This document shows positions 15,995 through 25,703 of a stretch of DNA of 31,960 nt, piece by piece. The first letter of the stretch is position 1. Every line of letters starts with the position of its first letter. The DNA is taken from the IMG/VR virus record IMGVR_UViG_3300020376_000005, positions 1 through 31,960 of that record. One strand, 5' to 3'. Below the pieces are notes generated by a model. That model was given only the letters and a program-made list of their open reading frames with translations, did no database searches and was not told the DNA's origin. Position numbers and translations under genes: made by a program. This DNA comes from a virus. Lineage: Duplodnaviria > Caudoviricetes.

Positions 15995-16240
15995 TTATGG
16001 GTGTATCCCTTCAGGCACTGACGGCCAAATGATATCGGTAGGGAACCCTGATTGCTCTGGAATGGCACGAAGAGCCTGACGGTATGTTGTATGGGCGTCA
16101 GTCATAGTGCGGTCTGAAACTGCTAACCAATCAGTGTAAGCGAGAAAGTAAGAACGAGCGTCTCTAGCCTCAAACTCAGAATTGCAGTGACCCGCTTCAA
16201 CGCGGGAGGTTATTGAAAAGAAGTCTACTTGTTTATACAT
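15995..16240 (-). CDS. Tail fibre assembly chaperone-like protein
   Basis: R..FLAYTDW...YRQALRAIPEQSGFP..IIWP. Confidence 0.8.
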   Translation of the reverse strand: MYKQVDFFSITSRVEAGHCNSEFEARDARSYFLAYTDWLAVSDRTMTDAHTTYRQALRAIPEQSGFPTDIIWPSVPEGIHP

Positions 16241-16244
16241 TATT

Positions 16245-17633
16245 TTACGCTCCTACGTTTGTTGAGGGGAAGTAAAAGCTACCAAGTATGCCTGTCTTCC
16301 AGACTATCCGAACTGCACCATTTGCACCTTGTAGCTGCGCCGTATAGCCAGAGGGTCCGCCGCCGCCGTATTGAGCGCCTCCAAATTTTGTTGAGGTAGC
16401 ACCTCCCGAACCGCCACCTCCGCCGCTCACTGGGTAGGTGCCTGGGGGGTTACAACCTGGGGTGAGTTCATAAGCGCCACCCGCTCCGTCAGCGCCTTGG
16501 CCGTTTAGACCAACACCACCTCCGCCAGCGCCCCAACTGTATCCACAATACTGGCTTGAGGCTCTTGAACCACCTCCGCCACCCGCTCCGCCACTTCCGC
16601 CACTTCCGGCACTATTGTATTCTGCGCCGTTTCCGCCGTTTCCAGAATAGCCACCTGCTCCTCCGCCGCCTCCAGCAACGTAAGGGTTAGGGGCTACTAG
16701 GCCTCCGCCACCCGCTCCGCTGTTTCCGCCTCCTGTACTTGGGACGTTACTGCTGCGCGAGGTAGCTGCGATTGCTCCTGCTCCGTTGTTATCGTAACCA
16801 ACAGTTCCGCCGCCAGCATAAACACCTAATGAGCCAAAAACAGCGGAGCTTTCACCTCCAGCAAGGGCATTCCCGCCTGTTCCAACGGTAATCGAATGAG
16901 TATCACCTTCAGTAACCGAAATAGTATTACCATATTGCAGACAGCCACCTGATCCGCCGCCGCCATAGTTCCCTGTACCTGATCCTCCCGCTCCGACACA
17001 GACGACACAGACTTCTCTAACACCTGCGGGGACAGTCCATGTGCCGCTTGAGGTAAATATAGCTTCTCCACTACTTGCGTTTTGTGGTGGTCCATCTGCA
17101 CTAAGTGAGTATTGCTGGTTTACGGTCATGCCATCTTCATCCGTGGCAGTGATAACAAAGCTTCTAGCTTCAGCCGCTGAGAATGTTGCACCGTCACTAA
17201 CTAGGTTTACGCCAGATATTGTGACGCCAGTTGGTAGTGCGCCAGAAGCCAAACTGTAAGTGAAATTCGCATCAGAAGTAGTATTGTCACTGAAATCTGT
17301 TCCAAGAGCATAAGTGAAAGACGCTTGTTGGTAAGCGATTGTGGTTAACGTCACCGTTCCACCAGTTGCAGTAGGTGGAGTTGGGTGTATTTCTTTCCAA
17401 GCACTCCCGTTAGAAAAGAAAATTATATCTAGGGTTGTGTTGTAGTAGACAGCCCCTTCCGCACCTACAGCGGGAGCCGCTGCAAGCGCAACAATAGCGG
17501 TTGCCGATCCTGAGATGCCACTTAAACCTGATCCATCACCAGTAGGCTGCAATGCAGAGGCTGCTAAAGCCCCCTGCGCTGCAGTGGCAAAGCTTCCGCC
17601 TGCCAGTTTACTTAAATCTCTTGCTTTGGACAT
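16245..17633 (-). CDS. Glycine-rich tail fibre/adhesin with an Ig-like domain
   Basis: Likely start MSKARDL after GGAG; YSLASGALPTGVTI..FVITATD Ig/cadherin-like segment; FTSSGTWTVPAGV then many GGGG motifs. Confidence 0.75.
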   Translation of the reverse strand: MSKARDLSKLAGGSFATAAQGALAASALQPTGDGSGLSGISGSATAIVALAAAPAVGAEGAVYYNTTLDIIFFSNGSAWKEIHPTPPTATGGTVTLTTIAYQQASFTYALGTDFSDNTTSDANFTYSLASGALPTGVTISGVNLVSDGATFSAAEARSFVITATDEDGMTVNQQYSLSADGPPQNASSGEAIFTSSGTWTVPAGVREVCVVCVGAGGSGTGNYGGGGSGGCLQYGNTISVTEGDTHSITVGTGGNALAGGESSAVFGSLGVYAGGGTVGYDNNGAGAIAATSRSSNVPSTGGGNSGAGGGGLVAPNPYVAGGGGGAGGYSGNGGNGAEYNSAGSGGSGGAGGGGGSRASSQYCGYSWGAGGGGVGLNGQGADGAGGAYELTPGCNPPGTYPVSGGGGGSGGATSTKFGGAQYGGGGPSGYTAQLQGANGAVRIVWKTGILGSFYFPSTNVGA

Positions 17634-17635
17634 TA

Positions 17636-18067
17636 TTAATCTCCCAGTGCTGTCGGCCAAGTGATGGTAGTAGGAAAGCCAGCTTGCTGTGGTACGTGCC
17701 TTAAAAGAGAGCGATAAGTTGCCATAGCATCGCTCATGGTAATATCGCTCATACCATAGTGGTCAGTAGCCATAAGAAGACCTGTTCGCTTTTGACGAAC
17801 ACCTTCTTCAAGGGCAGCACCAGTTTTGTCTTGGGCTGTTGTAACGTATGTCCAAGCGCCATCAACTTGTGTTGCCTCTGTAGCTGTTACTAGGTCTTGC
17901 ACCAGTCGGTCATGGCTTGGAGTAGAGCCTGTGGTTACAGGGTAAACGCCATAGCTTGCTAGCGTAGCATCTGAAATACTGCGTGGAAATGAGACATTAG
18001 AATTGTCTTTGCGTAGTTGACCAATGGAATAAGATGTTTGGTTACCATCTGCAATTTTAATATACAT
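17636..18067 (-). CDS. Tail fibre assembly chaperone-like protein
   Basis: RQKRTGLLMATD...YRSLLRHVPQQAGFPTTITWP. Confidence 0.8.
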   Translation of the reverse strand: MYIKIADGNQTSYSIGQLRKDNSNVSFPRSISDATLASYGVYPVTTGSTPSHDRLVQDLVTATEATQVDGAWTYVTTAQDKTGAALEEGVRQKRTGLLMATDHYGMSDITMSDAMATYRSLLRHVPQQAGFPTTITWPTALGD

Positions 18068-18079
18068 TGTAAGGTTCCT

Positions 18080-18712
18080 TTAAACGTATAGTTTGAGAAG
18101 AGTTGTGATACTAGGATGCAACGAGCCATTATATTGAGAGTCACCACCGCTGTTGGTGATAGAAACACCGCTACCTGTGAGGAAGCCTTTGGCGTAAACT
18201 CCTCTACCTGTATAATTCCCAGCATAACTAAGATTGTCGGGTTGTACGTTTGTTGTTCTAAGGTTTGAGGTGGGAGGGTTCCAAAAGTTAACAAAATCAA
18301 CGGCTATGTAAGCATCAGAGTCATCATTAGGGTCATTAAAGGTTCTAGTTTGAACATAATTACTAGTAGCAACCTGTGTAGCAACTACGTTAACTATAGG
18401 TTTGTTCAGCCTATATACGTGGGGACCATCTGTTCGATCATGAGCGGGAACTATATTACTGTCCCCGAATGCTATGACTTTATAATACAAACCTGCCCAG
18501 TGTTGGTATTGAGGCGTTGAAGGACCGTTCCACTGGCCGCCCAGTATTTTGCTGACCAGCGTCCAGCCAGGCTGGTTCTGATAGTAGTTTGTATTGACTG
18601 CACTTCCAGTACCTCCAATGGCAATATCACCATTCTGAACGCTGCCACTACCAATGACCTCAATACTTTCACCGAAAGAAGCCATCACCAATCTGTTAGC
18701 TAGACTTCTCAT
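18080..18712 (-). CDS. Putative tail or receptor-binding protein
   Basis: G/S/T/N-rich, beta-like composition; ATGA overlap; lies within the fibre module. Confidence 0.6.
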   Translation of the reverse strand: MRSLANRLVMASFGESIEVIGSGSVQNGDIAIGGTGSAVNTNYYQNQPGWTLVSKILGGQWNGPSTPQYQHWAGLYYKVIAFGDSNIVPAHDRTDGPHVYRLNKPIVNVVATQVATSNYVQTRTFNDPNDDSDAYIAVDFVNFWNPPTSNLRTTNVQPDNLSYAGNYTGRGVYAKGFLTGSGVSITNSGGDSQYNGSLHPSITTLLKLYV

Positions 18713-19206
18713 GCGTACAGACCACTTTTTGCGCCATAAAACTCATTACCAGCTTTCCAGATTACAAATACGTTGTGACCTGCATCCTCAAGTGTTGGGG
18801 CTTCGCCACCCAACCAGTTAGTGGTAGGCCAAGTAATCGTGTAGGATGTTCCGTCTGTAATCATAAAGGTAACACTTTCCCCGTTCTGCCATGTGCTATC
18901 AAAAGTCGGCGTTGAAGCAGCCGTTAAAGCCCAAAACTGAATAGTGCCATCACCGGGGTCTAGTGCTGGTGTTATTCCTGATACTGTAAAAACGTCCTCT
19001 ACTTTAAGAGCATAAGCAGCACCTGCGGCTTGGATTGCCGTAACCTGAGAAGCACCTTCTGTTGTCATATCAGTCACACTAGATGGGATAAGAAGTGCTT
19101 CAACAGCCTTTCCTAAGAGTAAGAACTCCTTGCCATCCGTGCTACCAGACGTTGCGTTGATTTTAGTTGTGAGGTTAGCCTCAAGTGTAGTTGTATTAAT
19201 TGTCAT
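18709..19206 (-). CDS. Putative tail fibre-associated protein
   Basis: LLLGKAVEAL and ITWPTTNWLGGEAPTL; directly after the main fibre gene. Confidence 0.65.
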   Translation of the reverse strand: MTINTTTLEANLTTKINATSGSTDGKEFLLLGKAVEALLIPSSVTDMTTEGASQVTAIQAAGAAYALKVEDVFTVSGITPALDPGDGTIQFWALTAASTPTFDSTWQNGESVTFMITDGTSYTITWPTTNWLGGEAPTLEDAGHNVFVIWKAGNEFYGAKSGLYA

Positions 19207-19209
19207 TTG

Positions 19210-21270
19210 TTACATCCCTGCCAATGCTAAGGCTTCAACGTCATCTAACTGTGATTGAGTTACGAGGACGGGTTTATTTATTAAATCTGTGTAAGATACG
19301 CCTGCAAATGCAGTCGCTGACAGCGTTCCGTTTACGGTGACGTTATTCTGAAACGTGCCACCGTTTGTGGCTGAAACCATGTCAGCCGTTGTGAAAGATT
19401 TAAACGCTATGATATTTATTTCAGCGCCAACCAGAGCGGCAACTGAAAGTACAACAGATGAACCATTGCTTGCAGTGTAATCTGTACCATCTTCGAGTAC
19501 GATACCGTTTGCTGTAACTATTAGGTTATCCACAGTATAGCTCATCGTTGTGCTATTATCATCGGCACCAGTGAACGTAGTCTGACCAGCCGTTGCTGTG
19601 TATCTAAACGTATTTAAAGAAGCACCACCCGCCGAGCTTGCAGCAACCCATTCGCTGCCTGACCAAATCTTCATGGCTGCTGCGGAGTTGTCATAGAATA
19701 AAGCACCTACCGCAAGGGCATCACCGTCATTGTCTAAAGCTGGTTCTGATGACTTACTTCCTAAATATGTATCATCAAAGTTATCTAAGACGACAGCCGC
19801 TGCCGCTGCACTGCTTGCCGCTGCAATCTGACTATTACTAGCCTCTGTTGCAGAGGTACTCGCTGATGATGCGCTTCCCGCCGCTGCGGATGCAGAGTTT
19901 GCGGAGTTTGTTGCGTTGGCTCCAGACGCTGCGATTGAGCTTGAAATTCCAGCAACCGTATTAATAGAAGCAATATTCGCGGCGTTAATATTCACGTTGC
20001 CAATCGAAGCCGAAACTGTTGATAAGCTACTAGACGCTACCGAAATACTGTTGCCCATTCCGTTTCCGTGGACCGTACAGTAATATTTTAAGTCGCTTGG
20101 TGCGTTAGCTGCCAAAGTAAGTGTTACAGTTGCACCAGCTTGGCCCTGAGTTCCAACGACTACAACGCCAGTAGAATAACTACTATCGTCAGCATTCTTA
20201 AATCGTAAAGGATGCCCTGTATTGGTACTATCGCTCACATCAAACGTGTAAGTGTTTCCTCGAAAGAGGTTTAGAACTGGATGGCTTGTACCATCTACAT
20301 GGAAATAATTTGAACCACCTACGTTGGCAATTGTAATTACAAAGGTGGTACTTGCATTAAGCGCCGCTGCGAGGTTATTGATGTTAGTCAGGTCACCAGC
20401 GACAGAAGTAACATTTGCACTGATACCAGCTACAGTTGTTACATCAGAAGATATTCCAGCTACAGTCGTAGCGTCTGCACTTATACCAGCTACAGTTGTT
20501 ACGTTAGCTGAAATACCTGCAAGTGTGTTCATGTCAGACACAATGTCAGCCGTTGCTAACGTGTTCATGTCGGCAACAATATCAGCAGTCGCAAGTATAT
20601 TCATATCAGACACAGCGTCAGCGGTGCCTAGTCGTGTAACTTCAGAAGATAGACCAGAGACTGTGCTTAGATTAGCGGTAATTCCAGTTACTGTAGTGAT
20701 GTCAGCAGCTATACCAGACACTGTTGTTACGTCTGCGCTGATGCCAGATACAATAACAACCTGTGCATTTATTCCAGCAACTGTAGCTACGTTTGTTATA
20801 TCAGATGCAAAAGTTGTACTGACCCAGTTTTTAGTGGCAGCATCCTGTGCAGCCACGGGATCAGCTACGTTAATAATACGAGAAGAGAGCGCGTCATAAC
20901 GGTTTGACGCGTTCCTAGATAGGACCACCTCCTTAATATCGTTCGCCTCTTGAGCAAGATAAAACCCTTGCGTCGAATCGAGGTCTAAAATTGTTTCAGA
21001 CAATACAGAGCCTACTTGGTAATCTACCAAGCGAGTATCTGGTGAAGTCTCACGGCTAATAGCAACCACATCTCCTGCAATAGGAGCGCCGTCTAGTTGA
21101 ATCCTTACGTCTGTAACAAACGAAAATGCCGTAGTTGCTACATCGTTAACTAGGATTTTAATGTGTGTCTTTTGTAAGTAGGGAAAATCAACATCAAACT
21201 GACGGTTTTGAGGATCGCTAAGTCCAGCCTTTGCCGCATCTATACTGTAGATATTACGTGCATTTGCCAT
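19210..21270 (-). CDS. gp17: Tail fibre protein, T7 gp17-like
   Basis: N-terminal FDVDFPYL..ISRET..LVDY..GSVL anchor; DPVAAQDAATKNWV; repeats; cupredoxin-like insert. Confidence 0.9.
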   Translation of the reverse strand: MANARNIYSIDAAKAGLSDPQNRQFDVDFPYLQKTHIKILVNDVATTAFSFVTDVRIQLDGAPIAGDVVAISRETSPDTRLVDYQVGSVLSETILDLDSTQGFYLAQEANDIKEVVLSRNASNRYDALSSRIINVADPVAAQDAATKNWVSTTFASDITNVATVAGINAQVVIVSGISADVTTVSGIAADITTVTGITANLSTVSGLSSEVTRLGTADAVSDMNILATADIVADMNTLATADIVSDMNTLAGISANVTTVAGISADATTVAGISSDVTTVAGISANVTSVAGDLTNINNLAAALNASTTFVITIANVGGSNYFHVDGTSHPVLNLFRGNTYTFDVSDSTNTGHPLRFKNADDSSYSTGVVVVGTQGQAGATVTLTLAANAPSDLKYYCTVHGNGMGNSISVASSSLSTVSASIGNVNINAANIASINTVAGISSSIAASGANATNSANSASAAAGSASSASTSATEASNSQIAAASSAAAAAVVLDNFDDTYLGSKSSEPALDNDGDALAVGALFYDNSAAAMKIWSGSEWVAASSAGGASLNTFRYTATAGQTTFTGADDNSTTMSYTVDNLIVTANGIVLEDGTDYTASNGSSVVLSVAALVGAEINIIAFKSFTTADMVSATNGGTFQNNVTVNGTLSATAFAGVSYTDLINKPVLVTQSQLDDVEALALAGM
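20390..20800 (-). repeat. Coding tandem repeats in the tail fibre
   Basis: About 10 copies of a 10-aa unit (VTTVAGISAD-like) interrupted by three 12-aa units (ADIVADMNTLAT-like). Confidence 0.85.
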
Positions 21271-21284
21271 AATTTATCCTCTAT

Positions 21285-21308
21285 ATAAAAGGGGGACCGA
21301 AGTCCCCC
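21285..21308 (-). terminator. Intrinsic terminator
   Basis: GGGGGAC-TTCG-GTCCCCC-TTTTAT between internal virion protein D and the tail fibre gene. Confidence 0.8.
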
Positions 21309-21315
21309 ATGTTGT

Positions 21316-24300
21316 TTAATCATCACCGCCTCTAATCACGTCGAATATCTGTTGATATATCTTGAACGGTGTTAGTTTGTTTGCAACTTCAAGACGCCTT
21401 TCGTTATCTTCTGCTGTCGTGAAGTCTAGTAAGTCGTTCACTAGACCACCCGTAGGTCCGCCTAAGAACCCCAAGCGTCCGCTGACGTTTTGATAGCGTG
21501 AGCCACCGTCCATACCGAAGGCAAACTTTGTGCCTTCGATGGGTGCAGATAGGAAAGTGAGAAAGCCTGATCTATCGATAGTTTCGTAAGACCATTCTGC
21601 CATCGTTCTTTCCTGTAGCTCACCACCTCTGATAAGGTCTTTCGCAGCAACTACTGTGCTTCCTGTTGCCAACGCCAAGCCAAACGTACCGAATGCTTGG
21701 AGGTCTCCATAGTTTGCCATGCGTTGAAAAGCGGGAACCATGTACTTTGTCATAATAACGAAGCCATACGTCTGAAACTGCATGAAGGTTTTCGCATACT
21801 CATTAGACATAAAGAATGGAGTGTCACCCTTAGTAGGAGTCATAACAGCCCGGTTAGCTGACATCTCTAAAGCCATGAGAACATCGTTGTGGGCCAATTG
21901 ACCCTCTGCGCCCATGTCTTTCCATTTTCCAAAGTCTAACTCCAAGACGCCATACTGATTAAATTTGGGCTTATTGTTGCCCATAAGTTTTTTCATACGT
22001 CTTATTTGATCCTGTCCAATTCCAGTTGAGGCGAGGTTTGAAATATCCCTAGCCGCTTCTAAATCTTTGGCAGAAGCACCCTTCTGAAGTGACCGCTCTA
22101 GTCCAAGAAGAAGCTCATCGTAATTGTCGATGATCCTGATAATGTTGTGTTGTTGCTCAACCATCGCCATCAATTTTAAACGACTGTTCCACCACCGCAT
22201 ACCAGACGCCATTGTTGTAGCGTCCGCTAATTCACGCGCTACACGATCTGCTGTGCTTGTGGTGTAATGCTTCCAAGTACCAAGATCGCCTACGCCAGAC
22301 TGAAGGCGTAGATCATCAGAGCCTGTAAACGTCATGGATCGATTGTTATGGTTCATTAACTCCATAGCATACACCAAGCGGCGTATTTCATCATTGCCCA
22401 TGCCCATCATAGTTCGATGTGCTTGAGCCAAGTTGCGTCTTGAGAAAGTACCAAAGCCTGTCGATAGAGCGGTGTTTGATACATCCGTAAGAGAGGGTAT
22501 TAAGAACCCAGAACCAAAGCGAATATAGTTCCACTCACGGGCCTTAGACACTAAGAAACCCATCATGCTTTCGGGGTCTCTTGGCATATCTAAGCGCCCC
22601 ATAAGCCTGTCGATTGACTTATCAATATCCTTTTCGCGGTTTCTCTTTTCTTTTGTCAGCTTCTTTACAGCCTTATCGTCTCCAGCCTTTTCGGCTCGTT
22701 TGATCAGACCTTCATAATCCTTACTGACATCTCTCAGCATATTCGTTTTGATATCATCGACTGAGTTACCATACTGACTAAACTGATCTCTCAAGGCCAT
22801 ACGCATACTTACGTCAGCCATTGCCTGACGGGTGTCACCTAGGATGTCATCAGACAGGATTCCCAATTTCTGAGCCTCTAGTCTTTGTGCGCTGTTTAAA
22901 TTTATCATACGCTTTTTAAGACGTGAAGATTCACCAACTTCATCAGCCATGCGCGACAGAGGCGTGTTGCCACTATTACGTTTAGCTAACATATCCAGAA
23001 GATCATCAATATAGTTATCAAGAGGCTTTTCATTGGCCTTCTTTTTGACCAGCCGCTTCATTTTCTTGAGGTTTCTCTTAGCTTTCCGAGCGCCTTTTTG
23101 TGCATCCCTCAAGCCTTGATTGCGAAGCTTGCGGGTCATCTCAAGCGTCTGTCTGTTTCTTACAGCAGTCTCGACCTTTGTGGAGATAGGACCAAGCTCA
23201 CCTTCCATCTTTGCGATAGCCTGTTCAGACCTTTTTATAGATTTATTAATCTCAGAAAGTTTGCCTTCAAGGTAGCTAAATCGGTTAGTTCGTACAGGCT
23301 TTTTGATCAGCTTTATCAGCTTGAGCCTTTGAGCATCTGAAGTAGATTTTGACTTTAAAGCCCTCAGAGTAGCATCAGCCTCTGTCAGGCTTAATCTAGC
23401 TGCATCAACATCCTTTGCAGATGCATTAGAACCAGCCGTTTCAAAGAGGTCCAACATAGCTTCCGCCTCAACCACGTTTGATTCAGCTTTAACCACTGTA
23501 GGATTATCGCCACCCTTGATGGCCTTCTTCATCTCTTGGTCATGCGACTTTAGTTCTTCTTTGAGTTTAGCAATTTCTGCCTCTGCACGTTTCTTTCTAT
23601 CTTTTAGTACCTTTTGGAGTTTCTTCTTCCTTGCAATCTTGGCTACGCTAGCGCGGACAAGCGTCACAGCCTCTTTAATAGATGCGTTCTTAACTTGAGT
23701 ATTGTTTGATCGAAGTTCTGAGGCAGCGCGTACAGCCTCTTTTTGAGAAGCTTCCGCCGCCATCTCAGCATGTTCTAACGCAAGCAATAACGTCCGATCC
23801 ATGTCCAGACCTAGATCGGCTGACCAATCCTCAAGAAGTTCTAAGCGGTACTCAATGCCTTCATCAGCAGTGATGGTTTCAACCACCTCTTCACCTTTAG
23901 CATTAGTTCTCTTTAGTACGACATCTGCCTTACCTAGAGCCTCGAACTGCTCCTTGGTAATACCATACGCATCTATCAAGAATTGCTCTTCTGGGTCTTC
24001 CATAAATAGACGCATGAAGAAGTCTTTGGCCTCTGCACGATTAGCTGTAATCTGCTTGCCCAGCCACTTTTGTGGAGCAACGTAGAAGTCCACCTTGTCC
24101 TCTGGAGACATCATACCCTTTTTAATAAGCTCATCAGCAAATTCATCATTATGCTTCATCAATGCTGAAGCTTGTTTTTTTGCCGAGGCTACCATTATGT
24201 CGGTAGCTTCCTGACCAAAGAGATCAACGTATTCTTTAAGCAAAGCGTTATCCACATCACCGTATGCAAAACGTCCAGTTAAATATGTGAACCGCTCCAT

Positions 24301-25671
24301 TGTTAGAGTGCCAGTTTCAGTCGGTGTTGTTCCCTTCAGGCCAGAAGCATTTGGACCTCTCGCCACGTCTTTTGCGAGATCAGCGGCTGCGCCTAGACCA
24401 CGTTTAGTCTTGTCCACCGCCATGCCAGCTTTACCTTTGTTGGTCAAAGCAGCTACGGCAAGTTGTAGTTCTCTGAAAGCATCGCCCAAAGGAACCTCAA
24501 CGGTTATCATGTAACGCTGCTGAACCATCCTAGCTAAGGACTCAACGGACATGTCAGCAAAACCTTTGGCATTGTTTTCGGAAAGAATACCACCGTGATC
24601 AAAGAGGCCACGACTGATACCCTTAACTTTGTCGGATGTGGCATTAGCCATACGTATAATTGGAGTGGCTTGACCTACAGTCTTTGTTATTAAAGCAACA
24701 CCACCCTTACCAAATGCGCTAACACCCTTACGGATTGGTCCTGAAACTTTACCAGCAATCGCCAAAGCATTTTGACGCCCACTTACAGCAGCCGCACTTA
24801 GGGACTGACCGTAGCTCGTATCTAACACAGCTTCTACAGACCCTTCCGCTTTGCCCTTTGCGGATTGGTAGACTGAGGACTCAGACATTGACTCTCCGAA
24901 CTGGCGAAACCCAGCCCGAATACGGTTGTCTTTATTGAAGACGAACTCTGGGTTTTTTGGGTTTAGTTTGGATGCGGGGTTTCGTGCTGACACAAAGACC
25001 CCGATGCCGCCGCCAAGTGCTGCTGTAAACATAGTATTTATTGCAGACTCTTCGATTGTCTGAAGATCGTTCAAAACGTGAAGACCCACTTCTTGAACGA
25101 CAGACTGCTGCGCACCCATAACGCCAAACTGTGCAGGTTTGGAGGTGATTATCCTACCAAGTCTTCCAGCCACTTTGACCTTTTTGATCAGGTTGTATCC
25201 CGGCACAAGCGAAGAGATATCAACGATAGATGCAACGCCTCCCAACAGAACCCCAACGGTATTAGCGTTTGACAGACTTTCTTTTTGTTTAACTTGATCT
25301 TGAAGAACTTCACGCCGCCTATTGTATTGAGCCTCACTATAAACGGTGTCAAAATATCCGTTCTTAACGAAGACTTCCATGTCGCTATGGGTGTCTTTGT
25401 TGTCTAGATAGTGGCCATAGACGTTGAATTCTGGATCAGCGTTGGCTTCATCTGGGTCATAGAACCGTCCACGATCTATCCCATAGCGCAGCCCCTGACC
25501 AATCCATGTACTCTGCATATAGCTCTCGTAGGCAGAAGAGACAAAGCCGAGACTTTTTAGGTTATCACTGGTGAAGTTTGTTTTAACCGCTTGCGCTCTG
25601 CCTTCGTATGACTGCTTTTGGATTTGAGCGTAAGTTAGTGGGCGCGCGCGTTGAGTTTCTTCTTCTGCCAT
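21316..25671 (-). CDS. gp16: Internal virion protein D (gp16-like ejection protein)
   Basis: 1451 aa immediately before the fibre gene; C-terminal KTFMQFQTYGF and LGGPTGG resemble gp16 C-termini. Confidence 0.75.
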   Translation of the reverse strand: MAEEETQRARPLTYAQIQKQSYEGRAQAVKTNFTSDNLKSLGFVSSAYESYMQSTWIGQGLRYGIDRGRFYDPDEANADPEFNVYGHYLDNKDTHSDMEVFVKNGYFDTVYSEAQYNRRREVLQDQVKQKESLSNANTVGVLLGGVASIVDISSLVPGYNLIKKVKVAGRLGRIITSKPAQFGVMGAQQSVVQEVGLHVLNDLQTIEESAINTMFTAALGGGIGVFVSARNPASKLNPKNPEFVFNKDNRIRAGFRQFGESMSESSVYQSAKGKAEGSVEAVLDTSYGQSLSAAAVSGRQNALAIAGKVSGPIRKGVSAFGKGGVALITKTVGQATPIIRMANATSDKVKGISRGLFDHGGILSENNAKGFADMSVESLARMVQQRYMITVEVPLGDAFRELQLAVAALTNKGKAGMAVDKTKRGLGAAADLAKDVARGPNASGLKGTTPTETGTLTMERFTYLTGRFAYGDVDNALLKEYVDLFGQEATDIMVASAKKQASALMKHNDEFADELIKKGMMSPEDKVDFYVAPQKWLGKQITANRAEAKDFFMRLFMEDPEEQFLIDAYGITKEQFEALGKADVVLKRTNAKGEEVVETITADEGIEYRLELLEDWSADLGLDMDRTLLLALEHAEMAAEASQKEAVRAASELRSNNTQVKNASIKEAVTLVRASVAKIARKKKLQKVLKDRKKRAEAEIAKLKEELKSHDQEMKKAIKGGDNPTVVKAESNVVEAEAMLDLFETAGSNASAKDVDAARLSLTEADATLRALKSKSTSDAQRLKLIKLIKKPVRTNRFSYLEGKLSEINKSIKRSEQAIAKMEGELGPISTKVETAVRNRQTLEMTRKLRNQGLRDAQKGARKAKRNLKKMKRLVKKKANEKPLDNYIDDLLDMLAKRNSGNTPLSRMADEVGESSRLKKRMINLNSAQRLEAQKLGILSDDILGDTRQAMADVSMRMALRDQFSQYGNSVDDIKTNMLRDVSKDYEGLIKRAEKAGDDKAVKKLTKEKRNREKDIDKSIDRLMGRLDMPRDPESMMGFLVSKAREWNYIRFGSGFLIPSLTDVSNTALSTGFGTFSRRNLAQAHRTMMGMGNDEIRRLVYAMELMNHNNRSMTFTGSDDLRLQSGVGDLGTWKHYTTSTADRVARELADATTMASGMRWWNSRLKLMAMVEQQHNIIRIIDNYDELLLGLERSLQKGASAKDLEAARDISNLASTGIGQDQIRRMKKLMGNNKPKFNQYGVLELDFGKWKDMGAEGQLAHNDVLMALEMSANRAVMTPTKGDTPFFMSNEYAKTFMQFQTYGFVIMTKYMVPAFQRMANYGDLQAFGTFGLALATGSTVVAAKDLIRGGELQERTMAEWSYETIDRSGFLTFLSAPIEGTKFAFGMDGGSRYQNVSGRLGFLGGPTGGLVNDLLDFTTAEDNERRLEVANKLTPFKIYQQIFDVIRGGDD

Positions 25672-25703
25672 TTGAGGCTCCTAATAAGTAGAGATTTTCT
25701 GAA

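Noticed and set aside
17634-17660. ORF-track start at 17660 for the Gly-rich fibre (also 3869 for RusA and 9819 for the Zn protein)
   Set aside because: Downstream ATGs give better RBS placement or avoid long overlaps with upstream genes.
20324-20899. 191-aa plus-strand ORF
   Set aside because: Antisense shadow of the Val/Thr/Ala repeats of the tail fibre.
15995-21270. Diversity-generating retroelement or invertible fibre cassette
   Set aside because: No reverse transcriptase, TR/VR pair, invertase or inverted gene was seen.
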